A stretch of DNA of 63,821 bases, filler included, from Chiloscyllium plagiosum (Eukaryota), in NCBI RefSeq assembly GCF_004010195.1. It is 4 parts of one record of this genome, joined end to end, with 100 filler letters (N's around TTAATTAATTAA, not from the genome) between each part and the next. Parts side by side here need not be neighbours in the genome. Positions count along the whole stretch, not along the records: positions 19,389 to 28,209 come from NC_057715.1; positions 28,310 to 59,068 come from NC_057715.1; 2 more parts are not named here. One strand, written 5' to 3'. Both the position numbers and the translations under genes were made by a program. This document shows positions 22,211 through 35,479 of this stretch, in pieces; the stretch's first letter is position 1, and each line of letters starts with the position of its first letter. The notes below the pieces were generated by a model that worked only from the letters and a program-made list of their open reading frames with translations, searched no databases and was not told the origin of the DNA.

Positions 22211-23964
22211 TAGGACTTGAGCCTACACATCCTGCCTCAGAGGTTTGACATGGAGACAAACAGCCAAACCAAATCAGCCTTTCTATCTCTGTATTCGCAA
22301 CACTGAAAAAATCAAACTGTTGCAGACCCCCAGTATTAGTCTCGTGGTTCCGAACCAGACTTGTGATAACCAATCCAGGCTTTGTGAATTTTAATTCCAG
22401 ACACCAGTTTTGCATTTTTTTTTGTATTGTGTATTTAAGGCAAAAAATGTAAAACTGGTGTCTGGAATTAAAATACATTATTTATTAAATACACAATAAC
22501 CTGAGCAGAGGAAAAATTAAACAACAAGTTAAACTGATCAATGACTATGCTTGAAATCCAAAGCGTTTGTTTTAAGTCCCCATTCACACAAAAGCAGTTA
22601 AGGCATAAGCAAAAGGAAATAAATAAACTGGCCAGATTACTTCAATGGCTTTCATGATGTGGTGTTTCACAGACATAGATGTGGACTGTTTGGTTGATTT
22701 TCTGAAATGTTGATCAGGGTCACCTTTGTAGATCACCCAAGTAAAGGCAGCAATACTTCTACTCAGCTTTCTATTCTCTGGACTTCTGGAAACTGTTTTG
22801 GTAGATTAGGCAGACCATTCTGGTTCCATCCTGATAGACTAATCATCTCTTCCTGAGGTTTCAATTACTATTCAACAACCTCCATCTGATTGAACATAGG
22901 GTTTCTTCCAGAATTACCAGAACCAATGATGCTCTTCCTGGGAGTGTCACTGTGTCTGCAGGAATCCCTTTAATAAAGCGTCAGTCTGCAATTACCCTCC
23001 AGACCTGGCCTCACAAACAAATAAAGCAGTTTGTTCTGTTCTTTTCCTTTCCCCACAAGCTGTCTCAAACTTCACAAGTCACTTCCAGCTCACAATTCCT
23101 AATTTATCACTCTAAATCAAAATTGATAAAAGAATGAAAATATAAATAATGAAGAATCAGCAAGGATTCAAACATTAAGGACACTGAGCCCTCCGCGCCA
23201 ATTTGTAGCTCAATTGACTTAACTATTTATTAAATATGATGATGGGCTTAAGTTCTAATGCACACTCACACTGTATCATAAGGCTGATCTTAGGAGAGGA
23301 TGGGATGGTGGTGGGTTGAGCACATACCCTATTTTGCATATCCCCAACAAAGCCCATCTGAGTTGTATGTAGTATTCAGTCCCTCAGCTGGAATCTGGTG
23401 CTATTGCTAATTGTAAACTTCGAGGCAGTGAGGGAAATTTCTTGGGTGTGATGGTGGTGTACTTGAACACAACTGCTTTCACACTCCCAACATGATTAAG
23501 GTCTGTATGGAACCGACCATGATCAACCATTCTGCCCCACAATTCTGCTAATTGACGCCGTTATGTTGTCAACTAATGACCTGCTATTTTGCCATTATTG
23601 GGAACCACCCAGCTGCAATGTGCATGGCAGTTAAACCTTGTGACCAGCTTGTCATAACCTGATCAATGTGAATGTCAAGACGTGGTGTGGACCTCAGAAT
23701 CACCACCCTTCCCTTGCTGCCACTCCCTATCCTGTTGTATTATGAGATTTATTCCATCCCATACCTGTCAGTACCTTTGAGATCATTGAATGATACTATG
23801 AAATGTTACACTCTAGATAATCCTTACATTCTGTTTAAAAAGGTATCCATCTCCCTCAGTCACTGTTTTTCATGGAGTCAATGCAATGTTTTCAGTCAGT
23901 TAGCAATTATGTAATCTACAGTAACATTGGTAAGCACAGAACTCAGGCTATGTCTGTCAATATT

Positions 23965-25523
23965 TAATGTTATATATAGTTTGTGTTCAAGATATAGTTT
24001 GATATTTGGATTTCAAATGTGGTCAAGTGACCATGTGCCCAAAAGTGGACATTTTAAATTGACCACAGCAGGAGTAATCAGAAAATTGTCCAAGCTACAA
24101 TAAACACAGACAGCAGCTATAAGTTGCACAGAACAGTGGAAATGAAGATCAAAGAGGTTACAAAGGTTCAAAGGGAACCACTTACAACCAGCCCAAGTGA
24201 TGTATTTTGAAGAAGTGTCAATCATACATTCTGGCATCTTAACTGCCTGAGTATGTGCACTTTACACCTCCCAGCATGGCAACAGTGAAGAATGTTGGCG
24301 TGACCCCACTGGATGACTTGAACCGAACTCATGATTCCATTGGCCAAAGACCATAGAATATTACAGAAGGTCCAGTATGGGGGGGGGGGGATTAAAACAT
24401 ACACCTGGAAGTCAGCCCCTCGATGAAGACTCAATAAAGACTTGACCTAGTCCAACAGCAGAGTTTTCACCACATGGAGAGAGAGAGAGAAGATCTGCTC
24501 TGACCTCTGCAAGACCCAATTTCATGGAGGAGAGCCAGCTCTATGAGATTACAATGGCCCATCTCAACTATGAGGATCATGGTGGGTAATATCCTTTCTA
24601 GACAGATAAACCTAGATAGAGACTAAATATTGTGGGAATTTGAGAAATGCCTTGATGATGGTTTTTAATGAGCAATATTTTGTTAGCAAAGTCAAATTGA
24701 ACCACAAACCAAGTTCTGTGTTCCTTAGTCTGTCTCACAGACAAGAACACTTGGTAAAGTGTTTTTAATATGTAAACTGGTTAAAGTGTCCAAACATGAA
24801 CAATGCAAAATAGAGGTAGGTGGATGTAGATTAGTTCTATGGAAGTAATGTTTTCAAACAATTCAGAATGAAAATTATAATAATAATCCAAGTGCATCAA
24901 TTCCAAGAAAGCATGCAATTGTAGTCAAATACCTTGCAGGACCCCTGGAAGTATCAATAGAGAAATCTTTTACGTAGCTGAGTTTAAGACAGCTGGAGAA
25001 AGCACATCCAGGCCATGAGTTCAGTTCAGAATGGAAGGTGCAAATTCTCTGTCCAGATGAGTAAGGAGCTGAGTTCAAAGGGAAAAGCGTTCCTCTGAGC
25101 AGGAGGATCAGGCATTTAGTTCAGGGGAACCAGCTATTATAACCAATATGTCTAAATTTGTAAAGATTTCATGTTATTAGAACTGAAAACTTTTCAGTCA
25201 TCAGAATTGTGAAAGGTCCTTGCCACTGGACTCCAAAAGAAATTTAAAAATTGCCTCCATGAATCAAGAAAAAAAAGAACTTGAACTCAGTTAAGCAAAA
25301 ACTTAAAAAGTTGAAAGAGGAGTTAAATTTCTCTGGAATTGAGAATCTGTAAAAGGGTAGAGTTGTGAAATAGGTTAACATTTCATTTTTTAATGTGTTA
25401 ATTTGTTTCTAACTGTTTTTTATCTTTGTTTTCCTCCTGTGATAAAAATAGAAATAAAATTTTGTTCTGTTTGGAATGCAACTCCAAACTTTCATGGGAA
25501 TATATTACAGGAACTGAATAACA
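23965..25523 (+). mobile_element. Probable solo-LTR-like sequences
   Basis: TGTTA start, AATAAA signals, GA-rich tract, ATAACA end near 25523; no coding motifs; boundaries uncertain. Confidence 0.3.
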
Positions 25524-26471
25524 TAGTAATCAAGTGTAAAAATGAAATATGGGATGGAATCTTATCAGGTTCTGAATGAGATGGGCTATGGTAGGATGAA
25601 TGGTAGAATCAGGCAAGATGTTAGTGAGCCCAAACTTGATGCTGAGATCATCTGACCACAACTTGTATGCCTTTCCCAAGCGATTTGGTGAAGTTCTCAC
25701 TTGGCAGCTACAATTTAGCATTAGAGGCAACCACTGCTTGTTAAATACCTTGTTAACAGCCCAACTCACCAAAGGTTATAATCTTACCAAACTCTCCATA
25801 CAAACTACTCATTCGGAAATCTTAACATGTAAACCAGAGTGGGTTCTGCTGGCTCCAAAAGAGCTCCATGTTGGACAGCAGGCACGAAGATCCCAGGCAA
25901 ACTCCATGGACGCCAATCACATGCTTCCCATATCTCCATTAGCATCCCATGTGTCAGCTATTATGAACAGACATGGCACGTCCACTTACAAAATGGTTCT
26001 GTGCATCACTGCGGTACTGGCAATTATCTTTATAATGCTGCTGCAAGGACACTGTATGCACATGGACATGTACTCAGCTCATGGTCTGGACATGCTGCAT
26101 CTCGCCCTTGTTTGCTTGGTATCATATCACTCAATTGTGATCAGACTTCCTGATGCTTACAGAATGCCTGTAAGACCATGCTTTGTCTTGTCTATTTGTA
26201 CTTTGTCTCTTTAGCCAGAGATACTAGACTCACAGTGCTGCTATGTCTGTAGGCTTTAGTTAAGTCAAAGGGAATAACCTTCAGACAGTGTCCAGGCTAG
26301 TAAGTCAAGGACAGCATCTGGTACCAAGTCCAATGGCTTAGACACAGTCAATCAGCTATCTGATCGAGTCAGAGACAAGATCCCCTTTGTATAAATGGTG
26401 AGCAGCCAAATGTTTGGAAGCTCACTTGGCTCTAGGTTTAATTCTTATTCTATCACATTTTGCTCTTGAAA

Positions 26472-29148
26472 CTAGAGCGGGGAGGTACTGAGAGAGACGA
26501 AGGTGAATGACAAAGCTCTTTCTTTGGTAATAGATGGGCAGTACCTGCAGTTGTGGCAAAAGGATTCTGAGTAATCTAAGATGGAGGATGGGAAAAATTT
26601 CTGGCTGTAACAGCTGCTCCTTTTTTCAGGTATTTTAGGTGTTGGAGGTGATTTCCTCGAATTCCAGAGCAACAATTACTGTTTTATATGCTGTTGCATT
26701 GTTTAGGAACTTTGGAAATGAAAAAGTCAAAACAACAGTACTTTTAAAAGAGAGAAGAACAGACAAAGGAAGCACATGGTGAGGTCAGTGCAGGAGAGAG
26801 AGAGAGAGAGAAAGAAACTGACACCAGACTGTACCTGCACACTTACTGCCTTTGCTGTTTGAATTCATGTATCGCTGGATATTGGAATGCATCTGGGAAA
26901 ATTAAAAAACAATGAAATTCACAACTGATCTTGGAAGAACTGTTTGGATGAATTCACAGCTCAGAATAAGGTAAGTGAATAGTTTTTGAGTGTGGCCTAC
27001 AGAAAGTCTGCAGCAGTGAGTAGAGTGGGTTCTTTCTTGATTATATATTTTTTGAGATATGTCTCTTAGTAAACTTAAAATATGAGCCATAAATATTCAT
27101 TTAACCTGGTGCAGTGTTTTGGAGAGGAATAAGACAGTGCTATTTTCTGGTTCTGCAGACTGTGAAGGAGCAAAGATGGCCTTTAGTAGAGTGACATGCA
27201 CTTCTTCTCAGATGTGGGAGTTTAAGGAGAGTTTACTGGATACTGTGGATTATATCTGCAATAAATGCTGTTGGTTGCGAATCCTGTCAGATCGAATGGA
27301 TCAGTTGGAGAGACAGTTAAGGGAATAAGGAATTTGCAACAGCAACAGTATGTGATGGATGGCAGTTATAGGAGAGGAGAAAAGTTGCAGATAGGGGCAT
27401 TAACTCCAGGAAAGGTAAGAGAGGTAGGCAGTTAGTGCAGGAGTCTTCTGTGGCTATCCCCATTTCAAATAAATATGCTGTTTTGGAAAATGTAGGGGGT
27501 GATGGATTCTGAGGGAAATGTAGCATGAACAGCCAAGTTTCTGGTATTGAGACCGACTCTAATTCAATGAGGGGTACGTCGGGTTCCAAGAGATCAATTG
27601 TGTTAGGGGACTCTCTAGTCCGAGGTACAGACAGACGTTCTGTGGCCAGCAGCAAAAAATCAGAATGGTGTGTTGCTTCCCTGGTGCCCGGATAAAGATG
27701 TCTCAGAGAGGGTGCAGAATGTTCTCAAGGGGGAAAGGGGCCAGCAAGAGATCATTGTCTACATTGTAACCAAAGACATAGGAAGGGAAAAGGTTGAAAT
27801 TCTGAAGGGAGATTACAGACAGTTAGGCAGGAATTTAAAAAGGAGGTCCTTGAGAGTGGTAATACCAGTGCTAGGAGATAGTGAGGGCAGGAATAGAGGA
27901 TTAAGCAGATGAATGCATGGCTGAGGAGCTGGTGTATGGGAGAAGGATTGACATTTTTAGATCATTGGAATCTCTTTTGGGGTAGAAGTGACCTGTACAA
28001 GAAGGAAGGATTCCAACAAAATTGGAAGGGAACTAATATACTGGCAGAGAGATTTGTCAGAGCTGCTCAGGAGGATTTAAACTAGTAAGGTGAGGGTGTG
28101 GGAGCCAGGGAGATAGTGAGGAAAGAGATCAATCTGAGACGGGTACAGTTGAGAACAGAAGTGAGTCAAACAGTCAGGGCAGGCAGGGACAAGGTAGGAC
28201 TAATAAATTNNNNNNNNNNNNNNNNNNNNNNNNNNNNNNNNNNNNNNNNNNNNTTAATTAATTAANNNNNNNNNNNNNNNNNNNNNNNNNNNNNNNNNNN
28301 NNNNNNNNNTAAATGATTTGGATGCGAGCATAAGAGGTACAGTTAGTAAGTTTGCAGATGACACCAAAATTGGAGGTGTAGTGGACAGTGAAGAGGGTTA
28401 CCTCAGATTACAACAGGATCTTGACCAGATGAGCCAATGGGCTGAAAAGTGGCAGATGGAGTTTAATTCAGATAAATGCGAGGTGCTGCGTTTTGGGAAA
28501 GCAAATCTTATCAGGACTTATACACTTAATGGTAAGGTCCTTGGGAGTGTTGCTGAACAAAGAGACCTTGGAGTGCATGTTCATAGTACCTTGAAAGTCT
28601 AGTCACAGGTAGATAGGTGTTTGGTATGCTTTCCTTTATTGGTCAGAGAATGGAGTACAGGAGTTGGGAGGTCATGTTGCGGCTGTACAGGACATTGGTT
28701 AGGCCACTGTTGGAATATTGCATGCAATTCTGGTCTCCTTCCTATTGGAAAGATGTTGAGAAACTTGAAAGGGTTCAGAAAAGACAAAATTATGAGGGGC
28801 ATGGATAGGGTAAATAGACAAAGTCTTTTCCCTGGGGTTGGGGAGTCCAGAACTAGAGGGCATAGGTTTTGGGTGAGAGGGGAAAGATATAAAAGAGACC
28901 CAAGGGGCAACTTTTCACGCAGAGAGTTGTACATGTATGGAATGAGCTGCCAGAGGAAGTGGTGGAGGCTGGTACAATTGCAACATTTAAGAGGCATTTG
29001 GATGGGTATATGAATTGGAAGGGTTTGGAGGGATATGGGCTGGGTGCTGGCAGGCGGGACTAGATTGGGTTGGGATATCTGGTCGGCATGGACAGGTTGG
29101 ATTGAAGGGTCTGTTTCCATGCTGTACATCTCTATGACTCTATGACTA
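26472..29148 (+). mobile_element. CR1 LINE with 5' UTR, ORF1 (zinc finger + SGNH esterase) and ORF2 3' end; middle lost in a gap
   Basis: VTCTSSQMWE...YICNKC..LRILSDRMDQLERQL; IVLGDSLVRG; after the gap SKFADDTKIGG, LYRTLVRPLLEYC; tail TCTATGACTCTATGACT. Confidence 0.92.
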
Positions 29149-29149
29149 A

Positions 29150-30822
29150 ATAATTACTTTGTGTCAGTCTTCATGGTGGACAACAAAAGTAATATTGCAA
29201 AATTCAGAGTGATGTTTGAGAGCCAAGTATGATGGCCATCACCAAGGAGAAGGTGCTAGAAATACTGAATGGCCTGAAGGTGGACAAATAACCTGGACCA
29301 GATGAAGTACACCTCAGAGGTCTAAAGTAGATACCTGAAGAGATAGTGATGTTAGTGGTGATTTTTCAGAAAAATCGCCTGAATAAAGAAAGGTCTCAGG
29401 ACTGGAAACATTCCTGACATTATACTTCTTTCAAAAGGGAGTATGACAAAAGACAAAATTACAGACTCATTAGCCTCACCTTGGTCATGACTAAGATCCT
29501 GGAATCTATTGTGAAGGATGAGATTTCTGAATACTTGGGAGTATATGGTAACATAGAGCAAAGCCAGCTTTGTTTCATCAAGGGGAGGTCATGCCTGACA
29601 AATCTGCTCAAATTCTTTGAGGAGATAATAAGCAGATTAGATGAAGAGCCAATAGATATTATTCACCTGAACTTCAAGAAGGCCTTTGACAAAGTATCAC
29701 ACAGGAGGCTATGGAGTAAAATAAGGGTCTCTGGGGTCAGAGGCAATGTGCTCGCATGGATAGAAGCTTAGTTGTCTGGCAGATAGCAGAGAATGGGAAT
29801 AAAAGGGTCCTTCCCAGGGTGGCAGCTGGTGAAAGTGGTGTTCCATAAGCTCAGTGTTGGGACCACAACTTTTCACGTCAATGATCTAGATGAAGGAACT
29901 GAGGGTATTCTGGCTTAAGTTTGCAGATGATACAAAGATAGGTCGAGGGACAGGCAGCATTGAGGAGATAGAGAATGCAGAAGGATTTGGACTGGTTAGG
30001 AGAGTGGGCAAAGAAGTGGCAGATGGAGTACAATGTGGGAAAACATGTACTTTGTTAGGACTAATAGAGGCATGGACTGTTTTCTAAATGGGGAAAAAAT
30101 TCCAAAGTCTGAAGTGCAAAGAGACTTGGGAATTCTAGTCCTGGATGCTATCAAAGTAAACTTGTAGGTTGAATCAGTAGCGAGGAAGGGCAAATGCAGT
30201 GACAACATTTATTTTGAGAGAACTTGAATATAAAAGCAGGGATGTACCTGAGGCTGTAAAGCTCTGGTCAGACCACATTTGAAGTATCGTGTGCAGTTTT
30301 GGACACCATATCTAGGAAGAATGTACTGGCCTTGGAGCGTACTCAGAGGAAATTCACAAGAATGGTCCCAGGACCGAAAAGCTTAATGTATGAGGAACGT
30401 TTGAGGACTCTGGGTCGACATCCAAATGGATGTTAGAGGAATGAGTGGGAATCTAATTGAAACTTACAGAATACTGGATGGCTTGGACAGGGTGGATATT
30501 AGGAAGATGTTTCCATTGGTAGGAGAGACTGAGACCTGAGGGCACAGCCTTAGAGTAAAGGGGAAAACTTTTAGAATGGAGATATGGAAAAACTTCAGCC
30601 AGAGTGGTGAATCTATGAAATTCATTGCTACAGAAGGCAGTGGAGGCCAAGTCATGAAGTATATTTAAAACTGAGATAGATAGGTTCTTGTGTATCAAGG
30701 GGATCAAGTGTTATGGGGAGAAAGTGGGCGAATGGGGTTGAGAAACTTATCCGCCATGATTGAGAGCAGATTCAATGGGCTGAATGGACTAATTTCTGCT
30801 CCTATATCTAATGATCTTATGA
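29150..30822 (+). mobile_element. Older CR1 ORF2 RT region and 3' end
   Basis: GRSCLTNLLKFFEE, NFKKAFDKVSH, KFADDTKIG; many frameshifts. Confidence 0.92.
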
Positions 30823-33606
30823 GGGAGGACGGTGGGATTTCTTTCATGGCATTGGAATTGCAGGATTTTGCAATTACATTACTGGTGATATTTCATCAGG
30901 ATTTGTCTGTTGTACATTATCTATCTTCCTGACGTGTACAAAAGGGCTAGTAGCACTGCAGGCATGGGGACCACGGAGTTTGTTTTTGCAAGGTTTGAGG
31001 ACTTCACCAAATTCACCTTCATTTTGCATGTGCCAAAAGCTGTGTTCCTCCATCTGAAGTGATGTTGACTTGAATCGTCAATACAGCCCTCACTGAACAG
31101 TCTTCAAAAAGGTATGAGAATTGATCCAAGTTGTTCAATGACTCACTGTGGACATTGATAGTCAAGGGACAGCATTATGCAATGGGGAGTATGGAGGTCC
31201 GCTCTCTTCTGCATTTTTAGCCTAAGACCTGTTCTTCTGCTCACCTCTTTGAGCCATCAATAATGTATTGGAGTTCAGCCTCCAATTCTGTGTAACTGCA
31301 ATTCAAAAGTTTAGGTTGGAGTGGCCTCAATTCTGGATTGGTGGCAATGTGTAGTTTGGTTAGCTCCATGTGTTTGAGGTGAAGTGTTGCAGTAAGTAGT
31401 GCAATAGTACAATGGCACGATCCTGTCTGGCTTCATTTTGTACAAGTACTGGGTCTGTGATAAGTGGTTAGTGAGGATCACAGCTTGCATGTGATCACGT
31501 AGCAGGTAGAGGGTGATGAGGAATTTCTATAGACAGTCAAATTTGAGGAGGAAGCTTCACAATCTCACCTAACTGTCAAAGTTAAAAGCCTTTGTGAGTT
31601 GGAAAGGGTGTCATATTGCTGTTGCTCTCTTCGTGTGGAGTCATAAAGCAGATACTTGAGTCAGTAGGTGGTGATCGCAGAGAATCTTGCAATATCTTCC
31701 GTATGCTGGACAGCAGGGAGACACCTCTGAAGTTAGCTACAGTTAGTTTTATCTCCTTACTTGAAGGTAGTCATGTTTACAGCATCTCCTAGATCTGCTG
31801 GCATGGCCTCTTCCTTCCAGATGAGGATAATGAAACTATTTATTGCAAAAATGCTTTCTTGCTGTATTTCAGATTCTCAGCAGGGTTTTCAGCTGCCCTT
31901 GCAGCACTGTTGCCAATGCAGCTTCTCAATCTCATATCGGGTTGGGATTGTTCTGAGGTGACAGAATGTGGGATGTCAATTTATAACACCTACAGATCAA
32001 GATTCTGGGGTGTTTATTTGCAGATCCTTATCTGCTATGTAACATCTCAGATGGTCCTCCTTTACAATACTAAATCAATAAATCACAATAAGTAATTTTC
32101 CTAATTTCTGTACTCCACGTTTTATTAAAGTATTCTTTCAATCTGTACATTGTACAGCTTTGAAATTTAAAATGCATGTGTAGAGTTGAACATTATTCAT
32201 TGCCCTATTCAGAGTGTTAACAAACAAATAAGAGAACCGTTGTTAGAAAGGTTTTAAAAAGGCTCAATCTTCTGGGAAAGGGAAAGGTCATTTTTAAAGA
32301 TCTTATTGGAAGGAAAAGACAGATAAGCGTTTATATTTATAAAAGAAACAATTACTTAAGTTCTTCACTCAGAACAAATTGAAAACATTTCAAATGTGAA
32401 ATAGCCAAATATCTGCCAATCTGTTATGTTTATTCAACAATGGAAATGTCATGTCCTCAAAGTTATTTATAGAGACTGATTAAAATAACCATTCATAGTT
32501 TGGCATTCAAAACTATCTTGCACCAAGGGCATAATTATCACTTGTTCCTGGGACAAACCAATCTCCTTGCAACTGTACACGAATGGCAGAAGCATGTTTT
32601 AATTTTGGCACATGAAGGAAACTGTTCACTGTCTTGCAGGATTTGACTTCTCTACAGTGGCATCATTCAAAGAAATCAAACAGTAAAGCAACAATTTCTC
32701 AGGCCATGCCTGTACCTGGGACAGAAATGAAGTTGTGATTCTCTGCTAAATACGTTCATCCTCTTTCTTGGATGGCTAAGGTTCAGATTATGTGCTCTCA
32801 AGGTCATAATTAGCACTATTTTCATTAGCTTTCCCCAAATGAAATGTCCATAATAGAAGGAAGAAAAAAAAGCAGCCAATTACGTGCAGATTCTATGTAT
32901 GTCTTCAGATATGTCTTTATCATAAAACATAGAAGATATATATAGCTGTAGCAATATCAAAAATCAAGGTCAATTAGGAGCTCATTATGAGAAATAATAA
33001 AATTGATTTGCAACCATATCTTTTCAGCTTGGTAATTTTTAGTGTTAATACTGTGGTGAGGAGCTTCATTAGAACACTTAAGAGAAGACATCCAGCGACT
33101 ACCCTGAAAATTATCAAGAACTTATTTCTTCTGGTAATAAGGCTTGTCAAATGATTCAAATTAATGAGTTGGGATGGAAAGAATTATAACAATAAGGAGT
33201 ACTCCATATCTTGGATAATAAATTTGAATAGCTTATAGTTTCTAAGTGCTTTCAGCGACCAATACTCATTGAATAAATCTTTGCCATATCACATACTATT
33301 TTCAGGTTAAATGATTTTTATCTTCTGCAAAAATATAAAATGTGCAGAATACGCATTTCAGCCATGATGATGCACCAATAGATTTCTGCCAAAATTAAGT
33401 TATTTCCTTGGTTAAGAACTTTGAAGTTGTACTGAAAAAATGATATAGTCAGTAATATTCCAAATGTACATATTTCATAATGTTTTAGTTACAATGCAAA
33501 ACACCAGTACAATTTGGACTGGATTAGTAACACATCCTTGGGAAGAGCAAATATACTTGACATTTATTTTAAAACCAGCGAGTCACTCTTAGTACCCACT
33601 GTGGAT

Positions 33607-33760
33607 AAAGTCAGAGATCACAGTGTAGTCAGACTGCACCTGATGAAGAAACAGCACTCCATAAGCTTGTGATTTCAAATAAACCTGTTGGGCTATATAC
33701 TGGTGTTGTGTAACATCCGACTTTGTCCACTCCAGACTAACACCAGCACTTCCACCTCAC
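33607..33760 (+). mobile_element. Solo Penelope pLTR with a degenerate hammerhead core, flanked by a 14-bp TSD
   Basis: TACCCACTGT(G/A)GAT at 33593-33606 and 33761-33774; CTGATGA at 33640; homologous to the reverse complement of 63395-63470. Confidence 0.75.
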
Positions 33761-34114
33761 TACCCACTGTAGATTAGCACTGATATGATGTACCAGCTTT
33801 TATAGCTGTCAATAAAGTCACATCCAGCTACTAAAACATCAAATTGAATTAGAAATGTATTTAGAAGAAAACACCAAAATTGAAGTGTTAAACATCTTTC
33901 TGTACATCAAGAAGGAAGTAACAATCTTGGATTAGCAGGAATTAGGATAAGGGAAACTGTTGTTCAATGAGGAAGCCATTTTATGCTATCAAAAACTAAG
34001 ACAGTAACAGACCATGAGACCTGTCAGCGAAAGACATTTCAAAAGCGTGCTCGCATTTTTTTTATATTAACTTTCTTTCCCTCTAACTGAAATTTCTATT
34101 GTTCAAATAAATGT

Positions 34115-34365
34115 AGAGTCATAAAGTTGTACAGCATGGAAACAGACCCTTTGGTCCAACTTAACCATGCCAACCAGATATCCTAAATTAATCTAGTCCC
34201 AATAGCCAGCATTTGGCTCAAATCCCACTAAACATATACTTCTTTATATGCCCCATCCAGATGCCTTTTAAAATGTTGTAATTGTATCAGCCACCACCAT
34301 TTCCTCTGGCAACTCATTCCATACATGCCACCCTCCGAAAGATTGCCTCTTAGGTCCTTTTTAAC
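34115..34365 (-). mobile_element. CR1 3' end
   Basis: AGAGTCATA...GGAAACAGACCCTT 3' UTR shared with other copies. Confidence 0.85.
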
Positions 34366-34529
34366 CAATCCATGCAATCCACCAGGATTCACAAACATTT
34401 CCTGCAGACATAATCATCAATAAAATGGAATCTCTCCCTAATCTCCCACACCTGACAGGAAGAGCACATCACTTTACTAAAAAACGTATTCTTTGCACCT
34501 TGACAATCTACAGACACAAAAAAAAATAG

Positions 34530-34890
34530 TCTTTCTGCTCTATAAACACTGCTCCAGTACCTATGTTTTGTATTTGTTCATTTTTCTTAGATATTTGATT
34601 CAAAACAACAGATACAGGCAGCTGTGCAGGTTACTGCTCATTAGTTTCACTTCCCACATGGTCAGTCTTTGTCTCTCCTCTTTTTTAAAGAGCTCTTGTT
34701 TTAATCTTCACCATTCCCACATTCCCCCACCCCCAAAAAAAACCTCCCAAAACAATGCAACAGCTTATAAAACAGTATATGCTACTCCTGGAATTTAAAC
34801 AAATCCAATCCAATACTGAAAATATCTCAAAAAGGAGCAGCTCTTACAGCCATAACTTTTTCCTGTCCTCCATCTTGGATTACCCAGAAA
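34530..34890 (-). mobile_element. Isolated CR1 5' UTR fragment
   Basis: Reverse complement matches ~26565-26800. Confidence 0.75.
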
Positions 34891-35479
34891 CCACCCTAAT
34901 GTTAATTAAAAGAAACATGCAAAAATATCAAGAAACAATTTAATTTCCTCAATACATCAATTAAAAATTTTACTTCAGAGTTCCTACCTTTCCCAAAAAT
35001 TAAACAAAATAGGTCATTCAGCCCATTATGCCTCCTATGCCATTTCAACATGATCATGGTTGATCTTCTTAGAATTATTGAGTTAAGTTTATGTTGTCTC
35101 TCCCTATTTGTTTGACCTCGTCTTCCTTAATATTTTTCTGAAGTGTTGGTAGGAGCTTAATTTGAATTGCCCAATCTAAGCACTTGCATTGTGGCTGATT
35201 TCTTAGAACGTATCTGTTCTCCTGACAGTACTGGTGGGACCCTTCTATTTTCTGCCTAGGATATTTTTCCAAATTTTTTCTCTTTAGTGAATGTGTTTTT
35301 AAAAAAAGTTTCATGTTCCAAATAAAACACTGTAGTTTTTGCTTTGTATTCTAAACAGTAATGTAAAATATATTAAACAGAAAAAAAGGACAGTTTAAGA
35401 ATACATTAGAAATGTGGGGAGAGGAAGAATTACACATGAATTATTCAATAGTCACATCCGTTTTATATAGAACACACAA

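Noticed and set aside
25600..26214. 204-aa ORF with hydrophobic stretches
   Set aside because: No recognisable domain or exon structure; probably chance or a decayed transposon
31460..31590. Possible Harbinger Myb/SANT-like remnant (RRKLHNLT*TVKV); similar weak hints at ~36650-37130, ~38350-39400 and ~41560-41860
   Set aside because: Too degenerate to call by eye; needs a profile search
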